In this document: positions 52,101 through 59,202 of the stretch, piece after piece
Position numbering within the stretch: the first letter of the stretch is position 1
Layout of the letters: each line of letters begins with the position of its first letter
Assembly (NCBI GenBank): GCA_002633005.1
Contig: NMRA01000913.1
Span: forward strand, 1 to 64,000
DNA length: 64,000 nucleotides
Origin: Phoronis australis
Taxonomy: Eukaryota; Animalia; Phoronida
Direction: 5' to 3'
Notes under the pieces: generated by a model
What the model was told of the DNA's origin: nothing
Seen by the model: the letters and a program-made list of their open reading frames with translations, nothing else
Database searches by the model: none
Position numbers and translations under genes: made by a program

Positions 52101-52995
52101 CTGTGGTTCGGACTCGGGTGGTTCTTTGGCGTCGCCAACGAGTGAAGATTGCACCATGTGCCCAGAGTTACTTGAAACCACTTCTCAACAAGAGCCAGAT
52201 GGCAAACATATGTCCGAGTCAATTTCCAACCAAACTCCAATGCGGGCAATTAACGAACAGGCATTTGTGAGAAGACCTCCACGAAAAGTACGACCTATCA
52301 AACAAATTCCACCAAGATTTCAAAGACTACTTCTCAACCATCAGGCTGAAAAAATGGAGAAAGTTCACCTAATGGGACTTCCATTGGTCCAGGTTACCGT
52401 GGAGACAAACGTCCAGGGTCTTCCTGGGCAGTCTTCACTCGATCCCACTGTGGATTGTTTTGTTCCTACCACAGGTGTTACCTCTCATGTCATTATGTCC
52501 TCTGGTGATGGGTCATTTCCTGCTTGCCATCCACCATCAAGACACGCCTGTTGTCCTGTCAACAGCAACAACAACCAGTCTCCTCAATATTCGGCAGTAG
52601 CTTATGGTCCCCCAGTAACTGTCATTACACCAACAACTTGCACGACCGCCCCTAGGTGTGAGAGTCATGAGACGGTGACTACATCCAGCTGTTGTAACTA
52701 CTGCTTTTCGCAGCCAGCCCTAATTTATCCTCATCAAATCACTCCTTCATCTTCCTCTGCTTACCAACCTAATCCTGCATGCTCTTTTCATTGCACAGGT
52801 TACTGCTCTACCGTTAACCAGCCCCAAGCACCCTCAGTGGACAGTGGCACACTGGTGCCCCCTAGCCAGCCATACTGCCCACCTGTGTACATGAACCCAA
52901 GTTACCCCCCTGTGTTCCAGCAGCCTATCGTCTACTGCAGCAGTAGCCCCTCGGGCCATCTGTCACACCAGCAGCAGTACTCTGTCTCTGTCTAA
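10101..52995 (+). CDS. OTUD4: OTUD4/ALG13/ovarian-tumor-like protein (OTU C-terminal part + Tudor + long low-complexity tail), 5'-partial; join(10101-10182,10759-10897,16037-16112,16595-16703,20117-20166,30296-30399,36252-36304,36635-36744,37168-37373,38933-39163,42102-42207,45699-45771,49481-49750,49913-49953,51730-52995)
   Basis: 15 exons with GT/AG boundaries and matching phases, total 2916 nt (971 aa + stop). Family motifs: [38 protein letters not shown], Tudor [32 protein letters not shown], and [20 protein letters not shown]. The symbol is the closest family name; ALG13 long isoform is an equally close paralog. Confidence 0.9.
10759..10897 (+). CDS. OTUD4: OTUD4-like exon ([18 protein letters not shown]...DKAE)
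   Basis: gttaccag acceptor, phase 1 in and phase 2 out matching flanking exons; resembles SLLYELLYEKVF. Confidence 0.88.
11147..12457 (-). mobile_element. Ngaro/DIRS-like retroelement 3' fragment carrying an SGNH hydrolase ORF
   Basis: Pyrimidine-rich coding strand; terminal AAGGTCAT..TATGAC hairpin shared with the 42236 element; TTTATATG at both junctions. Confidence 0.55.
11574..12185 (-). CDS. SGNH/GDSL-like hydrolase, 203 aa, transposon-derived
   Basis: Blocks I (LILGSSYV), II (GLSGA), III (LQIAAND) and V (DLIHLN..G...Y); uninterrupted ORF. Confidence 0.8.
   Translation of the reverse strand: MPLSCLILGSSYVCWLDTYLNLPVATDQGLTNLGFHESSVSINSLGLSGATLTPGTRSVRHLTPAITEFLATLVFLQIAANDLSHPQSHPLALSLAHDLISISKSILQSYPSLQSVIISMVFFRFHEDGTFNMRCQSLNFHLKRLLADHPTVFLWTHRGGFWQDPLHLYCPDLIHLNPSGIRKYALSIRFAFGHHLRRLGLLS
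14956..15290. repeat. 24-bp minisatellite x~14 (AATGTAGTACATAAGCTTATCAAC)
   Basis: Direct inspection. Confidence 0.95.
16037..16112 (+). CDS. OTUD4: OTUD4-like exon ([26 protein letters not shown])
   Basis: ttttacag / gtaagt, phase 2 to 0. Confidence 0.8.
16102..16295. repeat. 64-bp tandem triplication spanning an exon donor
   Basis: GTAAGTC at 16113, 16177 and 16241. Confidence 0.9.
16595..16703 (+). CDS. OTUD4: OTUD4-like exon ([36 protein letters not shown])
   Basis: Highly conserved OTUD4/ALG13/otu motif; tttcag / gtgggc. Confidence 0.93.
16890..18525 (+). mobile_element. Old degenerate HINE copy, interrupted by a MITE
   Basis: Diverged internal repeats; degenerate 3' end TTTAATGCTCTGCGTTGTTCATGT at ~18500. 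Confidence 0.5.
17898..18468. mobile_element. PIF/Harbinger-type MITE
   Basis: ~42-bp TIRs GGGCTGTTCCAG(C/T)AAAATCTGT..., TAA target-site duplication. Confidence 0.8.
18640..19721 (+). mobile_element. Hairpin-initiated non-autonomous element (Crypton-like architecture) with terminal 53-bp tandem repeats
   Basis: ~72-bp-arm inverted repeat at 18640-18803; TTTATACCACA at ~18804 is inverted as TGTGGTATAAA at the end; five ~53-bp units at 19458-19721. Confidence 0.55.
19350..19422 (+). mobile_element. tRNA-like/SINE head inside the hairpin element
   Basis: A-box-like GTGGTACAATGGTAA and B-box GAGTTCGAAACC. Confidence 0.45.
20117..20166 (+). CDS. OTUD4: OTUD4-like exon, Tudor start ([17 protein letters not shown])
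   Basis: ttgcag / gtaaga, GDKCQ motif. Confidence 0.9.
20620..20840. repeat. 74-bp tandem repeat x3
   Basis: CAAGATATTTTGAATGG at 20622, 20696 and 20770. Confidence 0.9.
21480..21600 (+). mobile_element. Penelope-like element GIY-YIG endonuclease remnant
   Basis: Frameshifted [21 protein letters not shown] motif. Confidence 0.6.
21828..22085. repeat. ~40-bp GC-rich degenerate minisatellite
   Basis: Recurring GTGCCTGGCCC(C/T)ATGACTGC..GCAGGGCCCAG. Confidence 0.85.
22765..23045. repeat. ~35-bp minisatellite (TTTACCAATATGCA.GGGG.TTTCTCAGTCATATT)
   Basis: Direct inspection. Confidence 0.9.
23786..24747. mobile_element. Internally deleted Kolobok-like DNA transposon with convergent THAP-transposase start (+) and accessory gene start (-)
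   Basis: TTAA on both sides; imperfect TIRs AGTGTACACAACATG / ACAGTACACACCATG; frameshifted THAP ([11 protein letters not shown]....KW...LC.AHFE..CF); opposite-strand acidic ORF with FQPYELDP. Confidence 0.7.
24785..25245. repeat. 26-bp minisatellite (GTTAGCTATATACCTATGCATACATAC-like)
   Basis: Direct inspection. Confidence 0.92.
25788..26917 (+). mobile_element. HINE copy with both ends (contains an N-gap)
   Basis: 5' TTTTTATGCGCCCAC hairpin plus CGTC repeats; 3' GTGGGCGCATTTCAACGCCCAGCGTTGCTCTTGTT. Confidence 0.85.
26985..27142. repeat. ~16-bp minisatellite (TTTGAGGGCACCACCA)
   Basis: Direct inspection. Confidence 0.85.
29950..30075 (-). pseudogene. Decayed THAP domain start ([19 protein letters not shown])
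   Basis: THAP N-terminal CCVxGC motif with in-frame stops. Confidence 0.5.
30296..30399 (+). CDS. OTUD4: OTUD4-like exon, Tudor core ([34 protein letters not shown])
   Basis: ccacag / gtaagt; [10 protein letters not shown] motif. Confidence 0.92.
33165..34062. repeat. GTAGCTGGGGTACA-type minisatellite interrupted by a MITE
   Basis: Direct inspection. Confidence 0.9.
33307..33820. mobile_element. MITE with CAGGGCTTGGAAT TIRs
   Basis: 13-bp TIRs; GGTACA duplicated on both sides. Confidence 0.75.
34508..36040 (+). mobile_element. Best-preserved full HINE (Helentron-associated non-autonomous element)
   Basis: subTIRs ATGCGCCCAC / GTGGGCGCAT, 5' hairpin, (GTCC)n, two 450-bp higher-order repeats, 3' stem-loop CAACGC-TCC-GCGTTG, inserted in T-runs. 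Confidence 0.88.
36252..36304 (+). CDS. OTUD4: OTUD4-like exon, Tudor end ([18 protein letters not shown])
   Basis: tttgcag / gtaaga, phase 2 to 1. Confidence 0.9.
36635..36744 (+). CDS. OTUD4: OTUD4-like exon with basic NLS-like end ([10 protein letters not shown])
   Basis: cttcag / gtactg, phase 1 to 0. Confidence 0.82.
37168..37373 (+). CDS. OTUD4: OTUD4-like exon ([14 protein letters not shown]...KSWLHD)
   Basis: tttgcag / gtacgt, open frame, phase 0 to 2. Confidence 0.8.
37385..37532. repeat. ~38-bp tandem repeat x4 directly after an exon donor
   Basis: TGTTGATTGAGGGTTTACTGGCTCAAGTCACAGTATT recurs. Confidence 0.85.
37612..37722 (-). mobile_element. tRNA-derived SINE
   Basis: Minus strand A-box GTGGCCTAGTG and B-box GGGTTCGAGT; a related body piece lies at ~57655-57720. 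Confidence 0.55.
38933..39163 (+). CDS. OTUD4: OTUD4-like Pro-rich exon ([13 protein letters not shown]...PCPIHH)
   Basis: NAGNAG acceptor (cagtag), gtaaaa donor, phase 2 to 2. Confidence 0.8.
39453..40051. mobile_element. Foldback/long-TIR MITE
   Basis: ~230-bp diverged inverted arms (AAGGTAT..CACTCCGGA ... TCCGGAGTG..ATACCTT). Confidence 0.75.
40229..41564. mobile_element. Non-autonomous Tc1/pogo-like element
   Basis: TA-CCATATTTGCCC start, GCGAATATGG end, subterminal TAAGCGCCC repeats at both ends. Confidence 0.45.
42102..42207 (+). CDS. OTUD4: OTUD4-like exon (NVSHSLPDD...SFPALPVA)
   Basis: tttcag / gtaagg, phase 2 to 0. Confidence 0.8.
42236..43766 (-). mobile_element. Internally deleted DIRS/Ngaro-like retroelement with gag start and a 5' intron
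   Basis: ORF from 42979 with Pro/Ser linker then [20 protein letters not shown] (DIRS-type gag motif); ends shared with 45106-45493. Confidence 0.65.
45106..45493 (-). mobile_element. Solo terminal (A+B) unit of the same element family
   Basis: 45106-45287 matches 42236-42426; 45345-45493 matches 43617-43766. Confidence 0.75.
45699..45771 (+). CDS. OTUD4: OTUD4-like exon ([24 protein letters not shown])
   Basis: ttgcag / gtacga, phase 0 to 1. Confidence 0.72.
46279..49376 (+). mobile_element. Old HINE copy with a younger HINE 3' end (48504-48750) nested beyond an N-gap
   Basis: Diverged repeats; two 3' stem-loop ends; 48504-48750 nearly identical to 35806-36040. Confidence 0.7.
49481..49750 (+). 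CDS. OTUD4: OTUD4-like exon (DLSNRGS...[12 protein letters not shown])
   Basis: tttctag / gtaaga; conserved S.D..G.DLP motif. Confidence 0.88.
49913..49953 (+). CDS. OTUD4: OTUD4-like exon ([14 protein letters not shown])
   Basis: tttacag / gtaagc; LRFFYNLG motif of OTUD4/ALG13/otu. Confidence 0.92.
50000..51400 (+). mobile_element. Highly degenerate HINE copy
   Basis: Recognisable TTTCATGAAATTTGG / GATGACTT / GTGGC remnants of the internal repeat. Confidence 0.45.
51730..52995 (+). CDS. OTUD4: OTUD4-like terminal coding exon (421 aa, polyQ, Ser/Pro/Cys-rich)
   Basis: tttgcag acceptor in phase 0, long open frame to TAA. Confidence 0.88.
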   Translation, partial: YYRLSCYLQQQQQQQQQHPQPQYVPCYTHQVVYEQLPEGADYSTAGQSPSPVSNDNPAQFNKICPSGQQASVDQPDAIVECCQPGPSVNCSVNCGSSSGSSYNSELGQITDHSPVELSSIEDSGCGSDSGGSLASPTSEDCTMCPELLETTSQQEPDGKHMSESISNQTPMRAINEQAFVRRPPRKVRPIKQIPPRFQRLLLNHQAEKMEKVHLMGLPLVQVTVETNVQGLPGQSSLDPTVDCFVPTTGVTSHVIMSSGDGSFPACHPPSRHACCPVNSNNNQSPQYSAVAYGPPVTVITPTTCTTAPRCESHETVTTSSCCNYCFSQPALIYPHQITPSSSSAYQPNPACSFHCTGYCSTVNQPQAPSVDSGTLVPPSQPYCPPVYMNPSYPPVFQQPIVYCSSSPSGHLSHQQQYSVSV

Positions 52996-53473
52996 CTTAC
53001 TGATGGTGACGGTGATGGTGGTGGATGTTAGCACTCGCTGGTGGCTGGGTCATTGTTTTTAGGAAACCACTGTTAACTTTTACAAAAAATTTTAGAACTA
53101 CAATAGTGACAATTGTTTAGCTAGTCACTCAATTTCCTGTCTCAAAATTAATCTATAAGTTGGTTGATCGAAACATACAAATCATGAACATTGTGTCAAA
53201 AATAGAGTTTACAATTAAGGTAGTATGTATTAATTAGATATGTCGGTTCTGGTAGAAATAGTTCACATTTCATAATTTTAGACTTGTATAATTGAACATT
53301 TCTATTTCTACTCTTCTGCTTTTAAGTATAGAGATTAATTGCTTTGAGTGTCGTAATTGGCCAAAAACTAATCTCGTCATTCCCAAGACATTATGGAGAA
53401 ATGTGCATTAAACAGTGTATGCTTACATAATTATTTCTATTTGGATTTATAACAAATCAGAAGTATTTTTACA

Positions 53474-53479
53474 AATAAA
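53474..53479 (+). promoter_or_regulatory. Candidate AATAAA polyadenylation signal of the OTUD4-like gene (another near 54613)
   Basis: AATAAA about 480 nt after the stop codon. Confidence 0.3.
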
Positions 53480-54689
53480 CATTGAGCGCCACATTAATTC
53501 TATGAAGTGGATTCCATGTATATGTGATCCCTGCCATGTTGGAAGAGTTGATAACCAAGCCTAGTAGTTCTATTTTTCAAAACTTGAAAATTGTTGGCCA
53601 ATAGGTCAAATGTTTACCAGTCATGTCTATTATAAGTTCATAAGTTTAGCAAATGAGTGGAGTAAGTTTTATGCTTTGTTACTACTATCAAGCTTCATGG
53701 AGTTATGCCCCCTGTTTGATAAGGTGCATGTGCCTGCAGGGTAAACACAGTGCTACTCTGGTGTCATTGCTGCTTCCACACTTGATTTGTCTGCAAATAT
53801 TAGTTGTAAGCACTAGGAGTGCTGTGGCATTGTCTATTAACTTGTTGAAATATTATTTTAGGCATTTACTAGGTTAAGAAACAATTTAAAACTTGTCAGA
53901 ATTTATGTTTTAGATTTGATGTATTCTAGTTTTAAAATGAGCATCTTAAGTAATTTCATCTAAGTTGCGAGTCTTCAGAATGACCATGCATTGGCCAGAC
54001 CTCATATGCCAAAAGGTAGTTGCTTGCTTTGGCAGTGTCATCAAACTGGTTTATGGATGTCATACTTTGGTCAAATTACTTAACATGTTCATAAGGCTTT
54101 AAAGTGAGGCTGAAGTTCACATTAGGATATTTTCGTATTTAATATGTTCTATGTATTTAATATTAGTTAAGATTGAAAGACTACATCTATAAGTATTGTT
54201 TTACCCTATGTTAGCAGTTAACTTGTGTAGAAAACATTCTAAGTTTGAAGGAAACACTTATGAGAAAGTTTGTGGAAAAATTTATATTTGGTTATAGGAA
54301 GTGTCAAAATTTTGAAATCTAAATTTGAGACAAGTTCATGAGTTTGGTGGATATGTTTACATGTTAGTTTGGAAAGAATTTGAACTTTAAATACTGAGTG
54401 AAGTGTTTGTAAATTTGTGGTAAAATTTCTAAGTTTGAAAAAAAATGTTCATATTGTAAATGGACATGGTTAAAATTATTAATAAGTTTTGGAAAAATTT
54501 CTGAGTTCGAACAAAACCTAACTTTAAATAGTGTGTAAATTTGAAATGTCTGAGTTTGAAAGTCAAGGAACAGATTTCACCGTCTCTTGTTGATCATTAT
54601 CATGTCATGTAAAAATAAAAGTGTTGAAATTGGTTGACAAATCTGTGGAGATCATTGTGAAGGGATATTTGAATAGGCCCATGCTAAAT

Positions 54690-54845
54690 CATGTTCACCT
54701 CCAACGCTACAATAGTATGCACCTCCAACACTACAGTAGTATGCACCCCCAACACTACAGTAGTATGCACCTCCAACACTACACTAGCATGCACCTCCAA
54801 CACTACAATAGTATGCACCTCCAACACTATAGTAGTATGCACCTT
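54690..54845. repeat. 24-bp minisatellite (CACCTCCAACACTACAGTAGTATG)
   Basis: Direct inspection. Confidence 0.9.
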
Positions 54846-57800
54846 GTGTTATTGCCAGTAAGACAAAACATTCCAAAAAGAAAAACGTTAGCCTTTGTTT
54901 TGACCAACAACAAAGATATATAAGATTATGGTCATCAGGTTGGTTTTTGAAGTTGGCATAATCATGGACTTTACATTTCAAACTAAAAATTCTCTTTCAG
55001 ATTATCCAAACTGGTCAAAGCTTTGCATTGCTCTCTGACTGCTGTACAAGCAGTCAACCAGTTTATAATGAGCGTGGTTTATAATGTCCCGATCACATTA
55101 AAGCCTAAATTCAATGGAATTTTGCTATTTTAGATGTATTGGGCTTACCAGTGAGTCCTAGCAAAGCCTTAGTAATATAAGAAAACACATGTTCAATCAC
55201 ACAAATGAAAGCCCGTCAAATGATAAGTGAAGCTGCCTTTTCGTGCCATGTTGCGAAGGTCCTAGCACAAACAACAAAAGGTCTATAACGGGTTGTATTG
55301 AATAGGGATCTGAATAGAACACCATTGTGTGCGGGTGTTATTCGCAGCTGTTTGAATTAAAAGGTGATTCTCGCGGTGACATAGACAAAAGCAAGCCAAT
55401 ACGCCTAACAGTTCGTTACATTTAGCAATTTATGGAAGTAGTGGGTCCAGAGCGATGCTCTTAACATACTGTAGGAACCAAATTTACCGGTGTTGCTGTT
55501 CAAGATAGACTTTCAACGTTCCATTTCCAAAATCCTGAGCTAGCTACTGTACAATATACAGGGTGTCTGTGAAAACAAAATAATGTTTAATATGATTGCA
55601 AAAATATGATTTTACTGCAAACTACTTGTGTTTTTACAAGGTATCAAAACGTTTGCCATAACTGACTCCTGCAGAGAACAAAGACATTAGTGTTTGGCAC
55701 CAAATGAAACTACTTGCACAGCTCCAACACAAATATTGAGAATTTTTAAACAAAACTGACGTCTAATGTGTCGGAGGAAGTATGGAACAATCTCAGCAAT
55801 TTAAGAAACAATGTGGCAGACAAGTGACACACAAGTAGAGCACCATACAACTACTGCACCCTATTGGAGAGAAATGTGGATATTCACAACAATGCTGGAA
55901 GCCGTTGAACATGAGAACAACTCAATAGCAATCGCTTTTTACCAAATTGAAGATTTTACCACCAATGAACAGTGCTCATTTTCTGCAGCAAACGTGCTCA
56001 ATTTGAACATAAGATGCAGCAGTTGCATGAGATATGCTAAATCTTTAGAGCCCGTGAACGCTGAAAGATATAATCAGCTGTGCAGTGTCTGGAAAGTCGC
56101 TTGTTTCTCAGCAATTGGATTCAGTTGTGGCATTTCCCCTCACTTATGTGCCTGGCAACAGAAATTTAGGATTCTTGCAATAAAAAGCACAAATCATAAT
56201 CCTAGAAAATACACAATAGTGCTGTTACAATGGAGGACTCGCCACCTTATAAGTATATTTGCAAATTTTATAAATAACGAACAAACTGCTTCCCATTCTA
56301 GGGTGAGTGATGCCAAGCCCTCATCCCCAGCCCAGATCAAGTGCTACAACACGCAGGCTTATGCATCGTGTTTAGATCATGCTCATTTCATCTAGGCAAT
56401 AGTGAACATCAGTGGTCTTTGTCAGTGATTATTAAGTGTCTATTTTGCACAACAGTTGTCCAGTTCTTGCTCAAAATTCTTCCCGTTTTCTGATCTGCAA
56501 TTGATTGTCAAGTGACCAAACGTCTTCCACTCATTACATCATTTGGCGAGAAATTTGAAAATAACCAATTTTTCTTCAAAATTAAGAAATTCCTGACTAT
56601 CTAGCATAAAAGGTGCTTATTTAGTAAGATTTCATGGTATTTGTTTCATATGAGCTAAGTGAAACCTTAAAAACTAAGAAAATGTGAGAACTCTCTTAAG
56701 TCCTAGTAGCACACGTTTTTAACCTTTAACAAATAGAAGTTATAAGGAACCAAGCAGTACCTATCCCATAACCAATACACAATCTGCAGTCGAAGAAAGT
56801 TTAAAAATACGCGCCACTCATGATTCCGACCCGAAGAACACACCACCATTTTGAACTAACCCTGGAATCGGAAGTACAATTCATTCAGGAAGCCAAGCTT
56901 AAGAATACCGGCTGTGTGACTGGAGCAGTGTCTGTTACCAGCCTGCCAACGGAATAAAACAATCGAAAGCAGACCTTAACTATAATAAAATCAATAAAGG
57001 GATAATTTGTACTGAAATTGTCAACAAAATGTGGCAAAATAAAATTTGACAACTTATTTTGCTGGAGTCGGACCTGCAGCTGATGACCAGGGGCGGACCG
57101 ATCAAAGTCATTGCACTGGCGAAAGGTGAAGTCATGGTGTCCCCGGTTGTTTTATTGGAATAAATGGTTCAAATCATAAATGCCGTATACATACAAAGAT
57201 AGTTTCAGACACCTGCATAAAAATACACACAAGTCACAGTCCTGTGCCAACAATTCAATAACAAGGCTTACTATGGCAGGCTAGGCTTAGGGTGTTTTAC
57301 TGGGTGTAATTAACTCTGGTAAGCAAACAGTATAAACAGAGCAGCGGACAAGCAATACCAAAATAATTGAATAAAATTGTTATACAGTTAAAATATCCTG
57401 ATGATTAAACATGCGAAAATATCGGAAATAAAGTTAGATGGAAACTAAGATACCGGCGGTGGTCTCCCGTTAATTCCGTTATGGCCAGGCGGCTGCCTGC
57501 CAACAATGAATGACAGAATACCATTTGGTGGTGAAATAACTTGAGTAAGAAAACTTGCCATGGTGCCAAATGGTATAATATAAGTATTAATGAGTTTAAA
57601 GTAAAAGGAGCAATTCCCAATCAGACAGAAACATTCGTATAAGCTGCTACCCAGTTGAGCCGGACCGCCTACTGGTCTGCCATGAGGGGACATCTGTGTT
57701 CCTCGGAGCAAGATGAACACATTAGATAACCGGGCCTTGAATGAGTGAAATTAACGTGACAAAGATTAAAAAGTATTATGCTTCTAACACTGCAACATTT

Positions 57801-58939
57801 TCCCATCCCCGACATTCAGCTCATTGACTACGATTCACTACACTCCCCCGTTTGCGTCACGGAATTTTTATATGTAGACAACAGAGGTATATATTGAAAG
57901 TTTTTGTCAGGTTTTAAAATATATTGTCCCTAATAATTGAAAATCAAAACCAATTTAGCAAGTTATTATTTTCCTGGCAAAGAATCACGGCAACTGCAGG
58001 GAAATTACTTCGCTGTGTCCGGGCAGCAAAATCAAGCACAGGTGCGTGTTATTGCAATTAAGGTGTGGACCTCACTGTTTTGAGATAAAACTTGTTTTTT
58101 GTTTGTTGAAAGATCCCCGTGTGAGGATGTTTTTTCTATTTTACATTTTTAACGGCAAATAAAGCCAGTGCTGATTTGCTGCCAAGTGGGCACTACGTTC
58201 ACACGTCCAGGTAATCACATGGCAATTGCTCACTCCCAGCTGGTACTTTACATCAGTTTTACCTTATGGCGATAAAGATAAGAGCGATCTAGAAAGTTCT
58301 ATTCCTCTAATTTATAACCTAAACGGATACTGTCGCTGCGATGAGTCAGGGCTGACCTCAGTTGCCGAGTGTTGGCTGCAGGAGATGTGACGTACTTCAC
58401 AAACTTATGATTATGCATTAAATACCATTCACCATATTCAAAGAACAGTAAAATTTGGACAATAGATAATCAAGTTTGTATAAATAGAACCAAAATGAGA
58501 ACCAAAGACTACCAAACAAAGTAACAATGCATTTACACTCACAGTGATGACAATACGTTTTCAAGGACAACATGACCGTCACTCAGGAATTGTTCCTGAA
58601 CTGGTGCACAGTAACTCAGGTCACTGAAATAGACGGAAACAGTCGATGATTTTCTGATCTCGGCCGAGGTACAAAATTGTGCTCAAAAAGGCTTTTAGTT
58701 TGATTACAGAAAGGATGTGAACATTAATTTGGTATATATTTTTAAAGTTTTTGAACTAGATTGCCTTTTGAGATAAGGACTTCAAGTAACTTGATGATCA
58801 GTGTTTTAATTTCAGTGTCTACCTGAAGTCAGTAAACATCAATCCGAGAACTTGAAAAGACTGATGGTGGGCAACAAGCTGAGCACATTAGCTCTTTGTC
58901 AGCACTAATCTTTAGAGGCCAAGCCCCCAGCTCTTACAT

Positions 58940-59202
58940 ATCTTGCTATTTCTCCATCATCAACACTATTTTATTTATCAACTTGCACACAGGTGAGCTG
59001 TGCTGAACTGTTTAACTGACCACTTTGCTCTTCCATATGTTACTATCTCTCCAGGATGGCCACTGTGTTGTTAATCAACTTGTACACATGTAAGCTGTGC
59101 TGAACTGTTCAACTGACCACCTTGTTCTTCCATATGCCACTACCTCTCCACACTGGCAACTGTTTCATTAATCAACTTGCGCACATGTGAGCTGTGCTGA
59201 AA
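58940..59202 (-). repeat. 97-bp triplication of the EXOSC8 C-terminal coding segment and stop codon
   Basis: TAG codons at 59140, 59043 and 58946. Confidence 0.9.
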
